NCBI GenBank assembly: GCA_041694815.1
Contig: JBGFSC010000034.1
Span: 1-64,000, forward strand
Direction: 5' to 3'
DNA: 64,000 nucleotides
From: Elusimicrobiota bacterium
GTDB taxonomy: Bacteria; Elusimicrobiota; Elusimicrobia; UBA1565; JACRDR01
Part shown: positions 51,875 through 60,399 of the stretch, piece by piece
How positions within the stretch are numbered: the first letter of the stretch is position 1
How the letters are laid out: every line of letters starts with the position of its first letter
Notes under the pieces: generated by a model
What the model saw: only the letters and a program-made list of their open reading frames with translations
The model's database searches: none
What the model was told of the DNA's origin: nothing
Translations under genes and position numbers: made by a program

Positions 51875-53007
51875 CAGCGGTCCACCTCGCCGAGCACGAT
51901 ATCGATGGAGCCCAGTATGGCAATGACATCGGCCACCTTCTTTCCCTCCAGGATTTCCTGGAGGATGGCCAGGTTGATGAAGCTGGGGGCGCGCACGTGC
52001 ATCCGGTAGGGGCTCTGCCCACCGTCAGAGACCAGGTAGATGCCGAGATTTCCCCTCGCCCCTTCCACATGCGCGTAGGCCTCGCCGGGTTGGGGCTTGG
52101 GGACCTTGGCCACTCCCTTGGCCATGAACTCCCCCTCCTTCATCTGATCGAGGCACTGCTCCACGATGCGAACGGACTCGCCCATCTCGCGCACGCGGCA
52201 GAAATAGCGGTCGAAGCAGGAACCGCCCTTGCCGAGCGGCACCTCGAAGCGAACTTTATCATAGGCCGCATAGGGCTCGAACTTGCGCGCGTCATAATCC
52301 ACCCCCGAAGCGCGAAGGTTCGGTCCGGAAAGGCCCCAAGCGATGGCTTGATCCGCGGAAACGAGGCCCACGGTCTTAGTCCGGTCCTGGAAAATGGGGT
52401 TATAGGTCAACAGGGAATCATATTCCTCGAGACGCGCCTTGAAATAATCAAGGAATTCGCGGGTCTTGGAAGTCCACTCCGGCGTTATGTCGCTCATAAC
52501 CCCGCCCAGGCGGATATAGTTGTAGGTCAGGCGCGCCCCGCAGGCCATCTCGAAGAGATCGAGCACCATCTCCCGCTCACGGAAGGCGTAGAGGAACGGG
52601 GTGAAGGCGCCGATGTCGATACCGTAGGTGCCGAAGAAGAGCAGATGGCTCGCGATCCGATTGAGCTCGCACATGATGGTGCGCAGGTAGTTTGCCCTCT
52701 CGGGGACCTGCAGGTTCATGAGCTTCTCGGCCGCGAGGCAGAAGACCAGGTTGTTGGGCATCGCCGCCACGTAGTCCCATCGGTCGGTCAAGACGACGCA
52801 ATGGTGGTAGCCCCGAACCTCGGAGAGCTTTTCGGTGCCGCGATGAAGATAGCCGACGTCGGGAACGGCCTTGACGATCACCTCGCCCTTGACCGTCAGG
52901 CCGACCCGAAGCACCCCGTGCGTGCTCGGGTGCTGGGGGCCGAGATTGATGAAAAGCTCGTCTGTTTTGAGGAACTCGTCCTGCCGGGTGACAAGGGGAG
53001 CGCTCAT
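51874..53007 (-). CDS. nuoD: Complex I subunit D
   Basis: NLGPQHPSTHGVLR, GYLHRGTEK, GEVDR C-terminus. Confidence 0.96.
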   Translation of the reverse strand: MSAPLVTRQDEFLKTDELFINLGPQHPSTHGVLRVGLTVKGEVIVKAVPDVGYLHRGTEKLSEVRGYHHCVVLTDRWDYVAAMPNNLVFCLAAEKLMNLQVPERANYLRTIMCELNRIASHLLFFGTYGIDIGAFTPFLYAFREREMVLDLFEMACGARLTYNYIRLGGVMSDITPEWTSKTREFLDYFKARLEEYDSLLTYNPIFQDRTKTVGLVSADQAIAWGLSGPNLRASGVDYDARKFEPYAAYDKVRFEVPLGKGGSCFDRYFCRVREMGESVRIVEQCLDQMKEGEFMAKGVAKVPKPQPGEAYAHVEGARGNLGIYLVSDGGQSPYRMHVRAPSFINLAILQEILEGKKVADVIAILGSIDIVLGEVDR

Positions 53008-53573
53008 CGGTCGAACCGGTCCGGAACGTGCTCGTAATCCTTGCGGAGGGGGTGGCCTTGGATGAAGTCCGGAGTCAGTATCTTGGTGAGATTCGGATGC
53101 CCTTCGAATCGTACCCCAAGCAGGTCGAAGACCTCCCTCTCCTGCCAATCGGCGGTCTTGAAAAGACCGGCCAGGCTGGGCGCCGAGGGGTTCTGCCGCG
53201 GCAACTCCACCTTCAGGAACAGCTTGAGCTTCCCCTTCAAGTGGCTCGCGCAGTAGACAAGCTCGATCGCTTCGCGGTAAGGAAAGCCCGGGGTGGCCGT
53301 CGGGGCCTCGACTTGGGGCGTGGCCCCCTCGGGAAGGAAGGCGTTGGGGTTCGGGTCCATGACGTAGCCCTTCGGGCTGACGGGCCCCTTGTAATCGACG
53401 GCGGTGATCATGTCGAGATATTCGAAGCCTTGCTTCTTCAGCCAGGAAAAGACCGCGCCGAGCGCGGAGGGATCGGAAAGACGGACGGTAGGGTAGTCCT
53501 TCACCGCGACCGATGTCTTCTCAATCCCGGCAAACTGCGCGCCGAGCCGAGAGAGCAGTTCTTCCGCGTTCAT
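53004..53573 (-). CDS. nuoC: Complex I subunit C with Pro-rich insertion
   Basis: [29 protein letters not shown]. Confidence 0.93.
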   Translation of the reverse strand: MNAEELLSRLGAQFAGIEKTSVAVKDYPTVRLSDPSALGAVFSWLKKQGFEYLDMITAVDYKGPVSPKGYVMDPNPNAFLPEGATPQVEAPTATPGFPYREAIELVYCASHLKGKLKLFLKVELPRQNPSAPSLAGLFKTADWQEREVFDLLGVRFEGHPNLTKILTPDFIQGHPLRKDYEHVPDRFDR

Positions 53574-54136
53574 CCGAGCGCCTTGGCGGGATCGAGCTCC
53601 CGACTGCCCGAGGCCTGCTGCGGCGCGGCGCCGCGGGTGGCCGCGAGTTTCATCTTCATGATCTTTTCCTGCAGCTTGATCACGGCGTATTGCAGGGCTT
53701 CCGGGCGAGGCGGGCATCCGGCGATATACACGTCCACCGGGATAATCTTATCGACTCCCTTGACCACGGAATAGGAATCCCAGTAAGGTCCCCCGCAGTT
53801 CGCGCAGGAGCCCATGGAAATGACGAAGCGGGGCTCGGGCATTTGGTGGTAGATCTGGATGATGGGATCGGCCATCTTCTTAACCACCGTGCCCGCGACG
53901 ATCATCACGTCCGCCTGCCGCGGCGTGGGGCGGGGGATGACCCCCATGCGGTCGAAATCGAAACGCGAGGCATAGGAGGCCATCATCTCGATGGCGCAGC
54001 AGGCCAGGCCGAAGGTGAGGGGCCAAACGGAGGATTTGCGTCCCCAATCGATGACGGTGTCGGCCGTCGTCAGCAGGAGTTCGCCGCCCGGAAGTCCCTT
54101 GGCGACGCCCGGCAGCCTTTCGAGTATCACTCCCAT
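53570..54136 (-). CDS. nuoB: Complex I subunit B
   Basis: [23 protein letters not shown]. Confidence 0.96.
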   Translation of the reverse strand: MGVILERLPGVAKGLPGGELLLTTADTVIDWGRKSSVWPLTFGLACCAIEMMASYASRFDFDRMGVIPRPTPRQADVMIVAGTVVKKMADPIIQIYHQMPEPRFVISMGSCANCGGPYWDSYSVVKGVDKIIPVDVYIAGCPPRPEALQYAVIKLQEKIMKMKLAATRGAAPQQASGSRELDPAKALG

Positions 54137-54483
54137 GCCAACGCCCCCTTGCGCCAGGCGTAAACGAGCCCGAGGAACAAAATGGCCAGGAAGATCATCA
54201 TCTCCACGACGGCGAAGGCGCCGAGAGAGCGCGCCTCGACCGCCCAGGGGTAGACGAAAAGGGTTTCCACCTCGAAGATGACGAAGATAAGGGCGTACAC
54301 GTAGAAACGGATATTCGTCTGGACCTCGGTGGTGCCGGCGGCTGGCATGCCGCATTCGTAGGTGGTGCGCTTGATCGGATCTTCCACCCGCGGGCGGAAA
54401 AGATACGCGGCCGCCAGTGTGACGGCCGCGAATAGCACGCCCACGACCGCGAAGGCGAACAAAGTCGCGTAGCCGTGGATCAC
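54127..54483 (-). CDS. nuoA: Complex I subunit A
   Basis: [18 protein letters not shown]. Confidence 0.95.
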   Translation of the reverse strand: MIHGYATLFAFAVVGVLFAAVTLAAAYLFRPRVEDPIKRTTYECGMPAAGTTEVQTNIRFYVYALIFVIFEVETLFVYPWAVEARSLGAFAVVEMMIFLAILFLGLVYAWRKGALAWE

Positions 54484-55550
54484 CCGATTTTCTCTTGGAT
54501 CAAAACTTTATAAGCCTCGCCCATTCCGTCCGGATGCAATAGCGTCTTTATTTTATTTTTTTCCTTATATTCTTCCAAGCCCTCTCCCTTGGGCATCCAT
54601 TCCATGATCCCGCGGTCGAGGAGAAACCGTGAGAGGGTGGTATAGGAATCCAGGCGCAGGCCGGAGCGCTCCCCCTCCGCGATCAAGGCGTCAAAATCCA
54701 CGGAGGCGGTCAGGTCCTGGCGTCCTGGCTTGGCGAATAGGGAATGGCCCGTCCTGTGCCTGTAAAAGGCGCGCGGCGGGTTCGGATCCTGCGGGGCGAA
54801 GCGCTTTCCATAATCGATGGTGATGACCGTCCCGGCGATGATCGTTTCTCCCAATTGCCGTACCCACTCCAAAGCCTCTAGGTTGACGGCATGCCGGCCC
54901 CCTTCGGGAAGCTGCGGGCAGACCCTGGCGGCGATAGGCAGCAGTTCGCTGCGCGAAATCTCGCCCAGCTCGGCGCGCACCCCCTCGCCCCCGCGGATCC
55001 CGGTTCCGCGGGCCCCGGAAGTGCTCACGTAGACCTCCCGCATCTTGCCGCCCTGCTTTTCCAGGAGATGGACGGCAAACGCATCGACGAGCTCATTGGA
55101 CAGGAAGACTCCCACGCATGGGGGCACGTCGCGGAGGCGGTTGTAGCCGAGCACCCTCTCCGAGGAGGCCGCCGAAAGTATGCTGCTAAGTAGCTGCGAC
55201 TCTGAGCGTTCCACGAAAACGTAGCGAATCTTGGCCGCCCAATCCCCGTGGCGCTCGCGCAGGCAGCGTAAGACCTGCGAACCTAGCGCGCCATTGCCCG
55301 AGCCCATCTCCACGATGAAGTACGGCCCGGGCACCTTGCGCGATTCCAAGGCGTCCAGGCGCCGGACGATCTCCAGAGTCAGGATGGCGGCGAAGCAGCC
55401 GTGGAGTTCGGCGGCGGTGTAGAAGTCGGCCGTCGGGACCCGCGATTCGTAATAGCCGCTCTTGGAATACAGAGCGGACTCCATGTAATCGTGAAACGTG
55501 ACCATCGGGGGCGTCTCCCCCCGGGCCCGCTCAGAGGAGGTCTTCGGCAC
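54480..55550 (-). CDS. MidA/NDUFAF7-family SAM-dependent methyltransferase (start 55550 GTG or 55505 ATG)
   Basis: [58 protein letters not shown]. Confidence 0.9.
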   Translation of the reverse strand: MPKTSSERARGETPPMVTFHDYMESALYSKSGYYESRVPTADFYTAAELHGCFAAILTLEIVRRLDALESRKVPGPYFIVEMGSGNGALGSQVLRCLRERHGDWAAKIRYVFVERSESQLLSSILSAASSERVLGYNRLRDVPPCVGVFLSNELVDAFAVHLLEKQGGKMREVYVSTSGARGTGIRGGEGVRAELGEISRSELLPIAARVCPQLPEGGRHAVNLEALEWVRQLGETIIAGTVITIDYGKRFAPQDPNPPRAFYRHRTGHSLFAKPGRQDLTASVDFDALIAEGERSGLRLDSYTTLSRFLLDRGIMEWMPKGEGLEEYKEKNKIKTLLHPDGMGEAYKVLIQEKIG

Positions 55551-55713
55551 CCAGGGTCTTCTTTTTGCCGTCCGCCTTCACTTTTTCAATGGAGGCGGAA
55601 ACGATTCCCTCAACCTTCCGCGACAGTCCGTCGATATAATCGGCGCCCGTCCTGAAGCCGGCATCCTTGACGGTTTTCTTAATCTTGCTGACCACCACCA
55701 ATGTCTCAGCCAT
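55531..55713 (-). CDS. Bacterial histone-fold protein, 60 aa (Bd0055/HBb-like)
   Basis: [68 protein letters not shown]; LVVxSKxK start and KT..D end match bacterial histone singlets. Confidence 0.85.
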   Translation of the reverse strand: MAETLVVVSKIKKTVKDAGFRTGADYIDGLSRKVEGIVSASIEKVKADGKKKTLGAEDLL

Positions 55714-55755
55714 CCGTTGTGTTCTCCTTGGGTAGGTATGACGAACCGTCACTCC

Positions 55756-55784
55756 ATTTTACAATAAGTGTCCAAAAGGGTCAA
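55756..55784 (-). promoter_or_regulatory. Near-consensus sigma70 promoter upstream of the histone gene
   Basis: TTGACC (55784-79), 17-bp spacer, TAAAAT (55761-56). Confidence 0.85.
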
Positions 55785-56171
55785 TCAACGCCTCTTTTTG
55801 TCGAGCGTCGAGGCGCATTCCTGGCGGACGGCGACGGCGCGCGCCGAAGCGCTTCCCAACTCCAGCGCGTAGGAGGCGTAATTGAGGCAGGCGTCGAATT
55901 GGCCGCTGGCGAGCGCGGCCTCGGCGACGAATTCGTAGGCCCGCTGGCTTTTCCGGTCCAGGCGGATCGCGGAATAAAAATCGGCGAGGGCCTCCTGCAA
56001 CCGCCCCTTCTCGAGTTTGTTCCTGCCGGCGGCCAGGAGCTCCTCGACCAAAACGGCCTTGGGCCGGGCACGGGGCGGGTTTTTAGCGGCCTTGTTCTTC
56101 GCAGGCCTTGAGGGGCTCGCCGTGGCCGGAAAAACGAGCAAGAGGCACAGGAGAGGAGCGCGGAAATACAA
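55785..56171 (-). CDS. Small exported TPR protein
   Basis: 3' part of ORF 55785..56798; TTG start then LLCLLLVFPATA signal and two TPR-like repeats. Confidence 0.6.
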   Translation of the reverse strand: MYFRAPLLCLLLVFPATASPSRPAKNKAAKNPPRARPKAVLVEELLAAGRNKLEKGRLQEALADFYSAIRLDRKSQRAYEFVAEAALASGQFDACLNYASYALELGSASARAVAVRQECASTLDKKRR

Positions 56172-56185
56172 GCGGAGGGAGTGTA

Positions 56186-57319
56186 CTAACTTTTGATGCG
56201 CTTGGCATACTCGAGGTTGAAGCGGTAGCCCTGCTCCACGGCCTGGATCAAGCCGCCGAAGGCGTCGAGCTTGCGGCGCAGCGCCGCGACATGCTCCTTG
56301 ATTCTCGAGAGCTCCTCTTGCGGCCAGGCGCGAGATAGCTTTTTGAAGAGTACCTCCTCGTCTAGGACCTTCCCGGAGGCGCTCATGAGGTAGATGACGA
56401 GCGCCATCTCGGCGCCGCTCAACTCGAGCGTCGTATTTCCCGAAATGACGAGCCGCCGGCCTAGGAAATCCAGGAAGACCCCACCCGAGGATATCCCGCG
56501 CGCGTTCGCGCCGAAGCGGCCGCGCCGCAACAGCCCTCGGATCCGAGCCTGGAGCCGCAGCGGCGGGTCCGTCTTGGCCAGGAAATCGTCTGCGCCCATG
56601 TCGATGCATTGCGCCTCTTTGAGCACCCCGGAATCCCCGGTCAGCATGAGTATGGGCATCCGGAACCATTTTTGCTGCTCCCGCAGCCTGCGGCAAACGT
56701 CCTCGCCGGACATACCAGGCATATTGAGGTCCAGGATCACGAGATCGGGAACCTCGTGTTCGACCAGGAATACGCCTTGGCGCCCGCTCGAGGCCCACAG
56801 GAACTCGTACGGCTGGTCCTTAAAAAGGATGCGAAGACGCTCGACCGTATCCTCCTCGTCGTCGATCACCAGGATCGTGAATACCAGCCCCGGCCCGGGG
56901 ATGGTCTTCGAGTTTTTCGGCGCCGTCCGCCGGCGGAGCAGGGCCTGGATCTGCCTCAGAAGGGGGTGGAGTTCCTGCTCCACGATCTGGGATTTAGGGA
57001 GGAAGGAGTCGGCTCCGGCGTAGCGGATGTTCATCTCGTCGCTCAGGCCGTCGAAGACGCCCGAAATGGCGATGACCGGTATGCTTCTGGTGTCCTCCCT
57101 GCCCTTGAGCTCCCTGAGCGTTTGTTCGCCCGACTTCCCCCCCGATTCGAGCAGCAGGTCGAGGATGATCAGTTCCGGATGCTGCCGCGCCGCCAGGGCT
57201 AGGCCTTCCGCCGCGCTCGAGGCCCCCAGGACGGCGAAACCGGACGCCTCCAGGAAACGGCGGAGCATTTCCCGGAACGGGACATGATCGTCTATGATGA
57301 GCAGTAGCGGTCGGTCCAT
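56186..57319 (-). CDS. Response regulator with two receiver domains and an OmpR-like DNA-binding domain
   Basis: IIDD..ILDLLL..GADSFLPK; VIDD..ILDLNMP..GADDFLAK; HVAALRRKL..GYRF. Confidence 0.9.
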   Translation of the reverse strand: MDRPLLLIIDDHVPFREMLRRFLEASGFAVLGASSAAEGLALAARQHPELIILDLLLESGGKSGEQTLRELKGREDTRSIPVIAISGVFDGLSDEMNIRYAGADSFLPKSQIVEQELHPLLRQIQALLRRRTAPKNSKTIPGPGLVFTILVIDDEEDTVERLRILFKDQPYEFLWASSGRQGVFLVEHEVPDLVILDLNMPGMSGEDVCRRLREQQKWFRMPILMLTGDSGVLKEAQCIDMGADDFLAKTDPPLRLQARIRGLLRRGRFGANARGISSGGVFLDFLGRRLVISGNTTLELSGAEMALVIYLMSASGKVLDEEVLFKKLSRAWPQEELSRIKEHVAALRRKLDAFGGLIQAVEQGYRFNLEYAKRIKS

Positions 57320-57352
57320 CGATGAGAACTATAAGGGGCTAACGGGAAAAAA

Positions 57353-57796
57353 TCAAGGAGAAATTTGACCGCCGTCCGCAGCCGGATTTTCGGAGCTCTG
57401 AGGCTTGGTCCCCAGGATCCGGTGCAGCGCGACCGCGAACGTGGCGGGATTGACCGGCTTGCTCAGGAACTCCACGACATTCGGCTCCCGGCGCATGAGC
57501 TCGATCGCCGAGGAATTCATGCCGCGCGCCGTGATTACCATGATCGGGATCCGGGATGTTTCGCCCGACTGGATATGGCGCAGGATCTCGTAGCCTCCCA
57601 TCCGGGGCAGCATGAGATCCAGGAGGACCAGGTCCGGCATGAGGGCCTGGATTTTGTCGACGGCCTCTTGGCCTTCGGAGGCCGTCTCGACCTTGAACCC
57701 CTCCTTCTTGACGAGATAGCTTAGCAGGTCGCGGATGGCCGGGTCATCATCAACGATGACGACGCTCTTGCCAGGATTCTTAGTTTCTTCCGTCAT
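57353..57796 (-). CDS. Single-domain response regulator
   Basis: VDDD, LLDLMLP, ITA, SKP. Confidence 0.92.
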   Translation of the reverse strand: MTEETKNPGKSVVIVDDDPAIRDLLSYLVKKEGFKVETASEGQEAVDKIQALMPDLVLLDLMLPRMGGYEILRHIQSGETSRIPIMVITARGMNSSAIELMRREPNVVEFLSKPVNPATFAVALHRILGTKPQSSENPAADGGQISP

Positions 57797-57818
57797 TGGT
57801 GAATTAGCATGAAGGGCT

Positions 57819-57891
57819 TGGCGCCGGGAGGATTCGAACCTCCGACCTAGCGCTTATGAAACGCCCGCTCTAACCCCTGAGCTACGGCGCC
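57819..57891 (-). tRNA. tRNA with CAT anticodon (elongator Met or Ile2); CCA not encoded
   Basis: GGCGCCGTAGCTCAGGGGTTAGAGCGGGCGTTTCATAAGCGCTAGGTCGGAGGTTCGAATCCTCCCGGCGCCA; full cloverleaf; paired G1-C72 argues against initiator. Confidence 0.93.
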
Positions 57892-58444
57892 GCCAAGCCG
57901 ATGATTCGTTATTATACCTAACGAAAAGGCCTAGAGCGACTCCCGTAATAAGCCCGGCTAGATGACCGGGCTTGAGATGATGCGCGACGGCAAGGTCCAA
58001 GGCAGCCTGTGTCAGAAGGAAAATAATGGCACTCGGGCCCAGCCACTTAGGGCTATTGGCCCATTTATGCAAAATCAGCGTAGCTCCTGCGAGCCCGCAG
58101 ATGCCCTGTGAAGCACCCGAAGAAACTAATTGAGGTGCGAATAATACGCTGGTGAGAATCCCAAGGGTTCCGCTCAAGAAATATATCGCAAGCATACGCG
58201 GCGGGCCCACAAGCTGTTCCAGAGCGGTCGTGAAAGCGAATAATGCGGCGACGTTGAAAAGCATATGGGCTGACTTTACATGAACGAACTGGGCAGTGAT
58301 TAGGCGCCAGAGCTGGCCAGAAGCCAAAAGCTCCCCCGTTAAAGCTCCAAATTTCAGCAATTCCGAGGATTTAACGGTTTTTAACGGAGAACCATGAGTA
58401 AGGCATGATACCGTTAGTGACGCCAGGAGCGTTGCGCCGGACAA
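57854..58444 (-). CDS. Rhomboid-family intramembrane serine protease; 3' end overlaps the tRNA
   Basis: GQLWRLITAQFVH..HMLFN, GASQG, HLAG. Confidence 0.85.
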   Translation of the reverse strand: MSGATLLASLTVSCLTHGSPLKTVKSSELLKFGALTGELLASGQLWRLITAQFVHVKSAHMLFNVAALFAFTTALEQLVGPPRMLAIYFLSGTLGILTSVLFAPQLVSSGASQGICGLAGATLILHKWANSPKWLGPSAIIFLLTQAALDLAVAHHLKPGHLAGLITGVALGLFVRYNNESSAWRRRSSGVRAGVS

Positions 58445-58467
58445 AAAAATGGATGTAGGCCTGAATT

Positions 58468-58665
58468 TCAGAAATCCTCCAGGTGAAATCCAGCATCCTT
58501 AAGGATGCGGTGCAACAGACCCTTTGGAATATCACCGGAATGGATCGGAATGACTGTGCGATATTTCGTCGTCGGATGTTGGAGCACGAGATGGGAGCCT
58601 TTCTGCCGTTTTTCGATGAAACCGTTCTTTTTTAGGAAGCGAACGACCTCGCGGGCTGTCGCCAC
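58468..58665 (-). CDS. hicA: HicA-family mRNA interferase toxin
   Basis: LKKNGF..RQKGSH..VIPIH..DIPKG..ILKDAG. Confidence 0.93.
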   Translation of the reverse strand: MATAREVVRFLKKNGFIEKRQKGSHLVLQHPTTKYRTVIPIHSGDIPKGLLHRILKDAGFHLEDF

Positions 58666-58892
58666 TAGGCGGGAATAGCGATTTGATTTACTTCGACGAT
58701 CTTAGCGGCGGATTTAGGCAGCGGATCGTGGTCGGCTTGGCAATCCTCGATATAAAGCTTGAGAGCTTCCGTTAAATCCTTCTTGGCCAGGTCCGCCGTT
58801 TTCCCGGAACCGTAAACACCCGGGAGGTCCGGGACATAAGCCCAGCAGGATTTCCCCTCTTTGACGACGACAACAGGATAATGCAGAGTCAT
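58665..58892 (-). CDS. hicB: HicB-family antitoxin, short form without DNA-binding domain
   Basis: YPVVV..AYVPDLPG..G.T..EAL..YIE. Confidence 0.92.
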   Translation of the reverse strand: MTLHYPVVVVKEGKSCWAYVPDLPGVYGSGKTADLAKKDLTEALKLYIEDCQADHDPLPKSAAKIVEVNQIAIPA

Positions 58893-58981
58893 GACAGTTT
58901 CAGTATAACAGCTGACCCAGGCTCTCGCAAGCGGGATTTGGTGTCCAAAAAGTGTCCATCGGCTATTTTTGCTTTTTCCGT

Positions 58982-59026
58982 TTATGAAACGCCCGCTCTA
59001 ACCCCTGAGCTACGGCGCCGCCAAGC
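58982..59026 (-). repeat. Second copy of the tRNA 5' half plus 7-nt leader (att-like)
   Basis: TTATGAAACGCCCGCTCTAACCCCTGAGCTACGGCGCCGCCAAGC; identity ends at the anticodon loop. Confidence 0.95.
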
Positions 59027-59082
59027 GGATTCACACGCAAAGTCATTATACTTTAGTGCTGACTATGCTGGCTATCCTGGCA

Positions 59083-60399
59083 TTAATTCCACTTCAAGCG
59101 GAACCGGCGTTCCGCGGCGTCTTCGACGTTCTCGGGGGGCGCCGCAGGCAGGGAAAGCTTCTTCGTCAACGGTTCAAGATCCTTGTACTGATCCCTCTCG
59201 TAGATGCGGACCGTTCCGTCCATCTCCACGACCCCGATTTTCCGCCCATCGGGGCTGAAGGCCGCGGTGCTGAGAAGCTGCGGGAATTTGAAAACAGGCT
59301 CCCCGTTTCGAAGGTCGTAGATGGCAGATCTGGCATGCGCCCCGAAGCCGAAGTAAAGGCGGCGGTCGGGGCTAAACGACCCTAGCACCAGCCAGGCGCC
59401 TTCCGTTTTCCTCCACAACGCCTTCTTTTCACCCGTGGCCAGGTCCCAGACGATTTCGGTGCCGTTATAATTCGTCGCGACCAGCTCCTTCCCATCGGCT
59501 CCCAGTCGGCTGTACGACACGCGCCCCTCGACGTCCTCGGTCCTCAGCCTTTTGCCGCTCGCCGCGTCCCAGAGCGAAGCCTCATCGTAGGCCGTCGTGA
59601 ATATCTTCGAGCCGTCCGAAGAGAAATAGGCCAAATCCACGCCGGTTTTATAGGAATCCTTGCCCGACACCAAGACTTGATGCTTGATCTGTATTATTTT
59701 CTTTCCCGTGTGCACGTCCCATACGGTCGCATACCCTCGCCAATCGGATGTCACCAGTCGGGAGCCGTCGGCATTTAAGGCCGCGTGATGATGGGCATAC
59801 TTAAAAAGCTTGATAGGCCCGTCGACTTCATGGCTGACAACTTCCTGTATGGCTACTCCCGTCCGCGAATCGCGAACATGGGTGGCCCTATTGGTGACCA
59901 CGGCGATTCGATTCCCATCGCGGCTAAAGGATACCTGTTCGATCGCCTCCTCATTTCCCCCCTGGAAGGCTATCCATTCCTGGCCCGACTGAATATCGCA
60001 GACAACGAGCTTGGTATTTTTTTCACTGAGGTAATGAAGAAAACGCCCATCGGGACTTATTGAAGGACGCGTCGGCGCGCTCGTATAGAGAATCCGCGAC
60101 TGATCGCCGATCTCCGCGTCGAGCACGATGACGACGCCCCTTCCGAAGACCAAAAGTTCTCGGCTGTCCGGAGTGAATTCGATCCTTGGCGAAGGGATCG
60201 GGCTGTTTTTGGCGTATTCCAATAACAATTGAAATATCGTGTTAGGGCCGCCGAATGCCGCCCTTTCCTTGAGCTGCACCTTGTAGCGGGCAAGCTCGAT
60301 CTCACTCAATAGCCCTTCCTGGGCGCCGAACGCCGGTCCGGGGTGAAGCGGGCTCAGGGAAAGACAGAGAGGAAAAAGGAAAATAACGCGACGTTTCAC
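59083..60399 (-). CDS. Exported WD40 beta-propeller protein
   Basis: Signal peptide; repeated FSPDG/WD motifs. Confidence 0.88.
   Translation of the reverse strand: MKRRVIFLFPLCLSLSPLHPGPAFGAQEGLLSEIELARYKVQLKERAAFGGPNTIFQLLLEYAKNSPIPSPRIEFTPDSRELLVFGRGVVIVLDAEIGDQSRILYTSAPTRPSISPDGRFLHYLSEKNTKLVVCDIQSGQEWIAFQGGNEEAIEQVSFSRDGNRIAVVTNRATHVRDSRTGVAIQEVVSHEVDGPIKLFKYAHHHAALNADGSRLVTSDWRGYATVWDVHTGKKIIQIKHQVLVSGKDSYKTGVDLAYFSSDGSKIFTTAYDEASLWDAASGKRLRTEDVEGRVSYSRLGADGKELVATNYNGTEIVWDLATGEKKALWRKTEGAWLVLGSFSPDRRLYFGFGAHARSAIYDLRNGEPVFKFPQLLSTAAFSPDGRKIGVVEMDGTVRIYERDQYKDLEPLTKKLSLPAAPPENVEDAAERRFRLKWN

Larger units (their letters stand above)
57854..59026. mobile_element. Integrase-less 1.1-kb islet bounded by 45-bp direct repeats of the tRNA 5' half
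   Basis: 57854-57898 identical to 58982-59026; cargo hicB, hicA, rhomboid; GTGTCCA tandem at 58941 and 58952. Confidence 0.75.

Noticed and set aside
55768..55778. GTGTCCAAAA match to the islet arm-like repeat
   Set aside because: Lies in the histone promoter spacer outside the islet; likely chance
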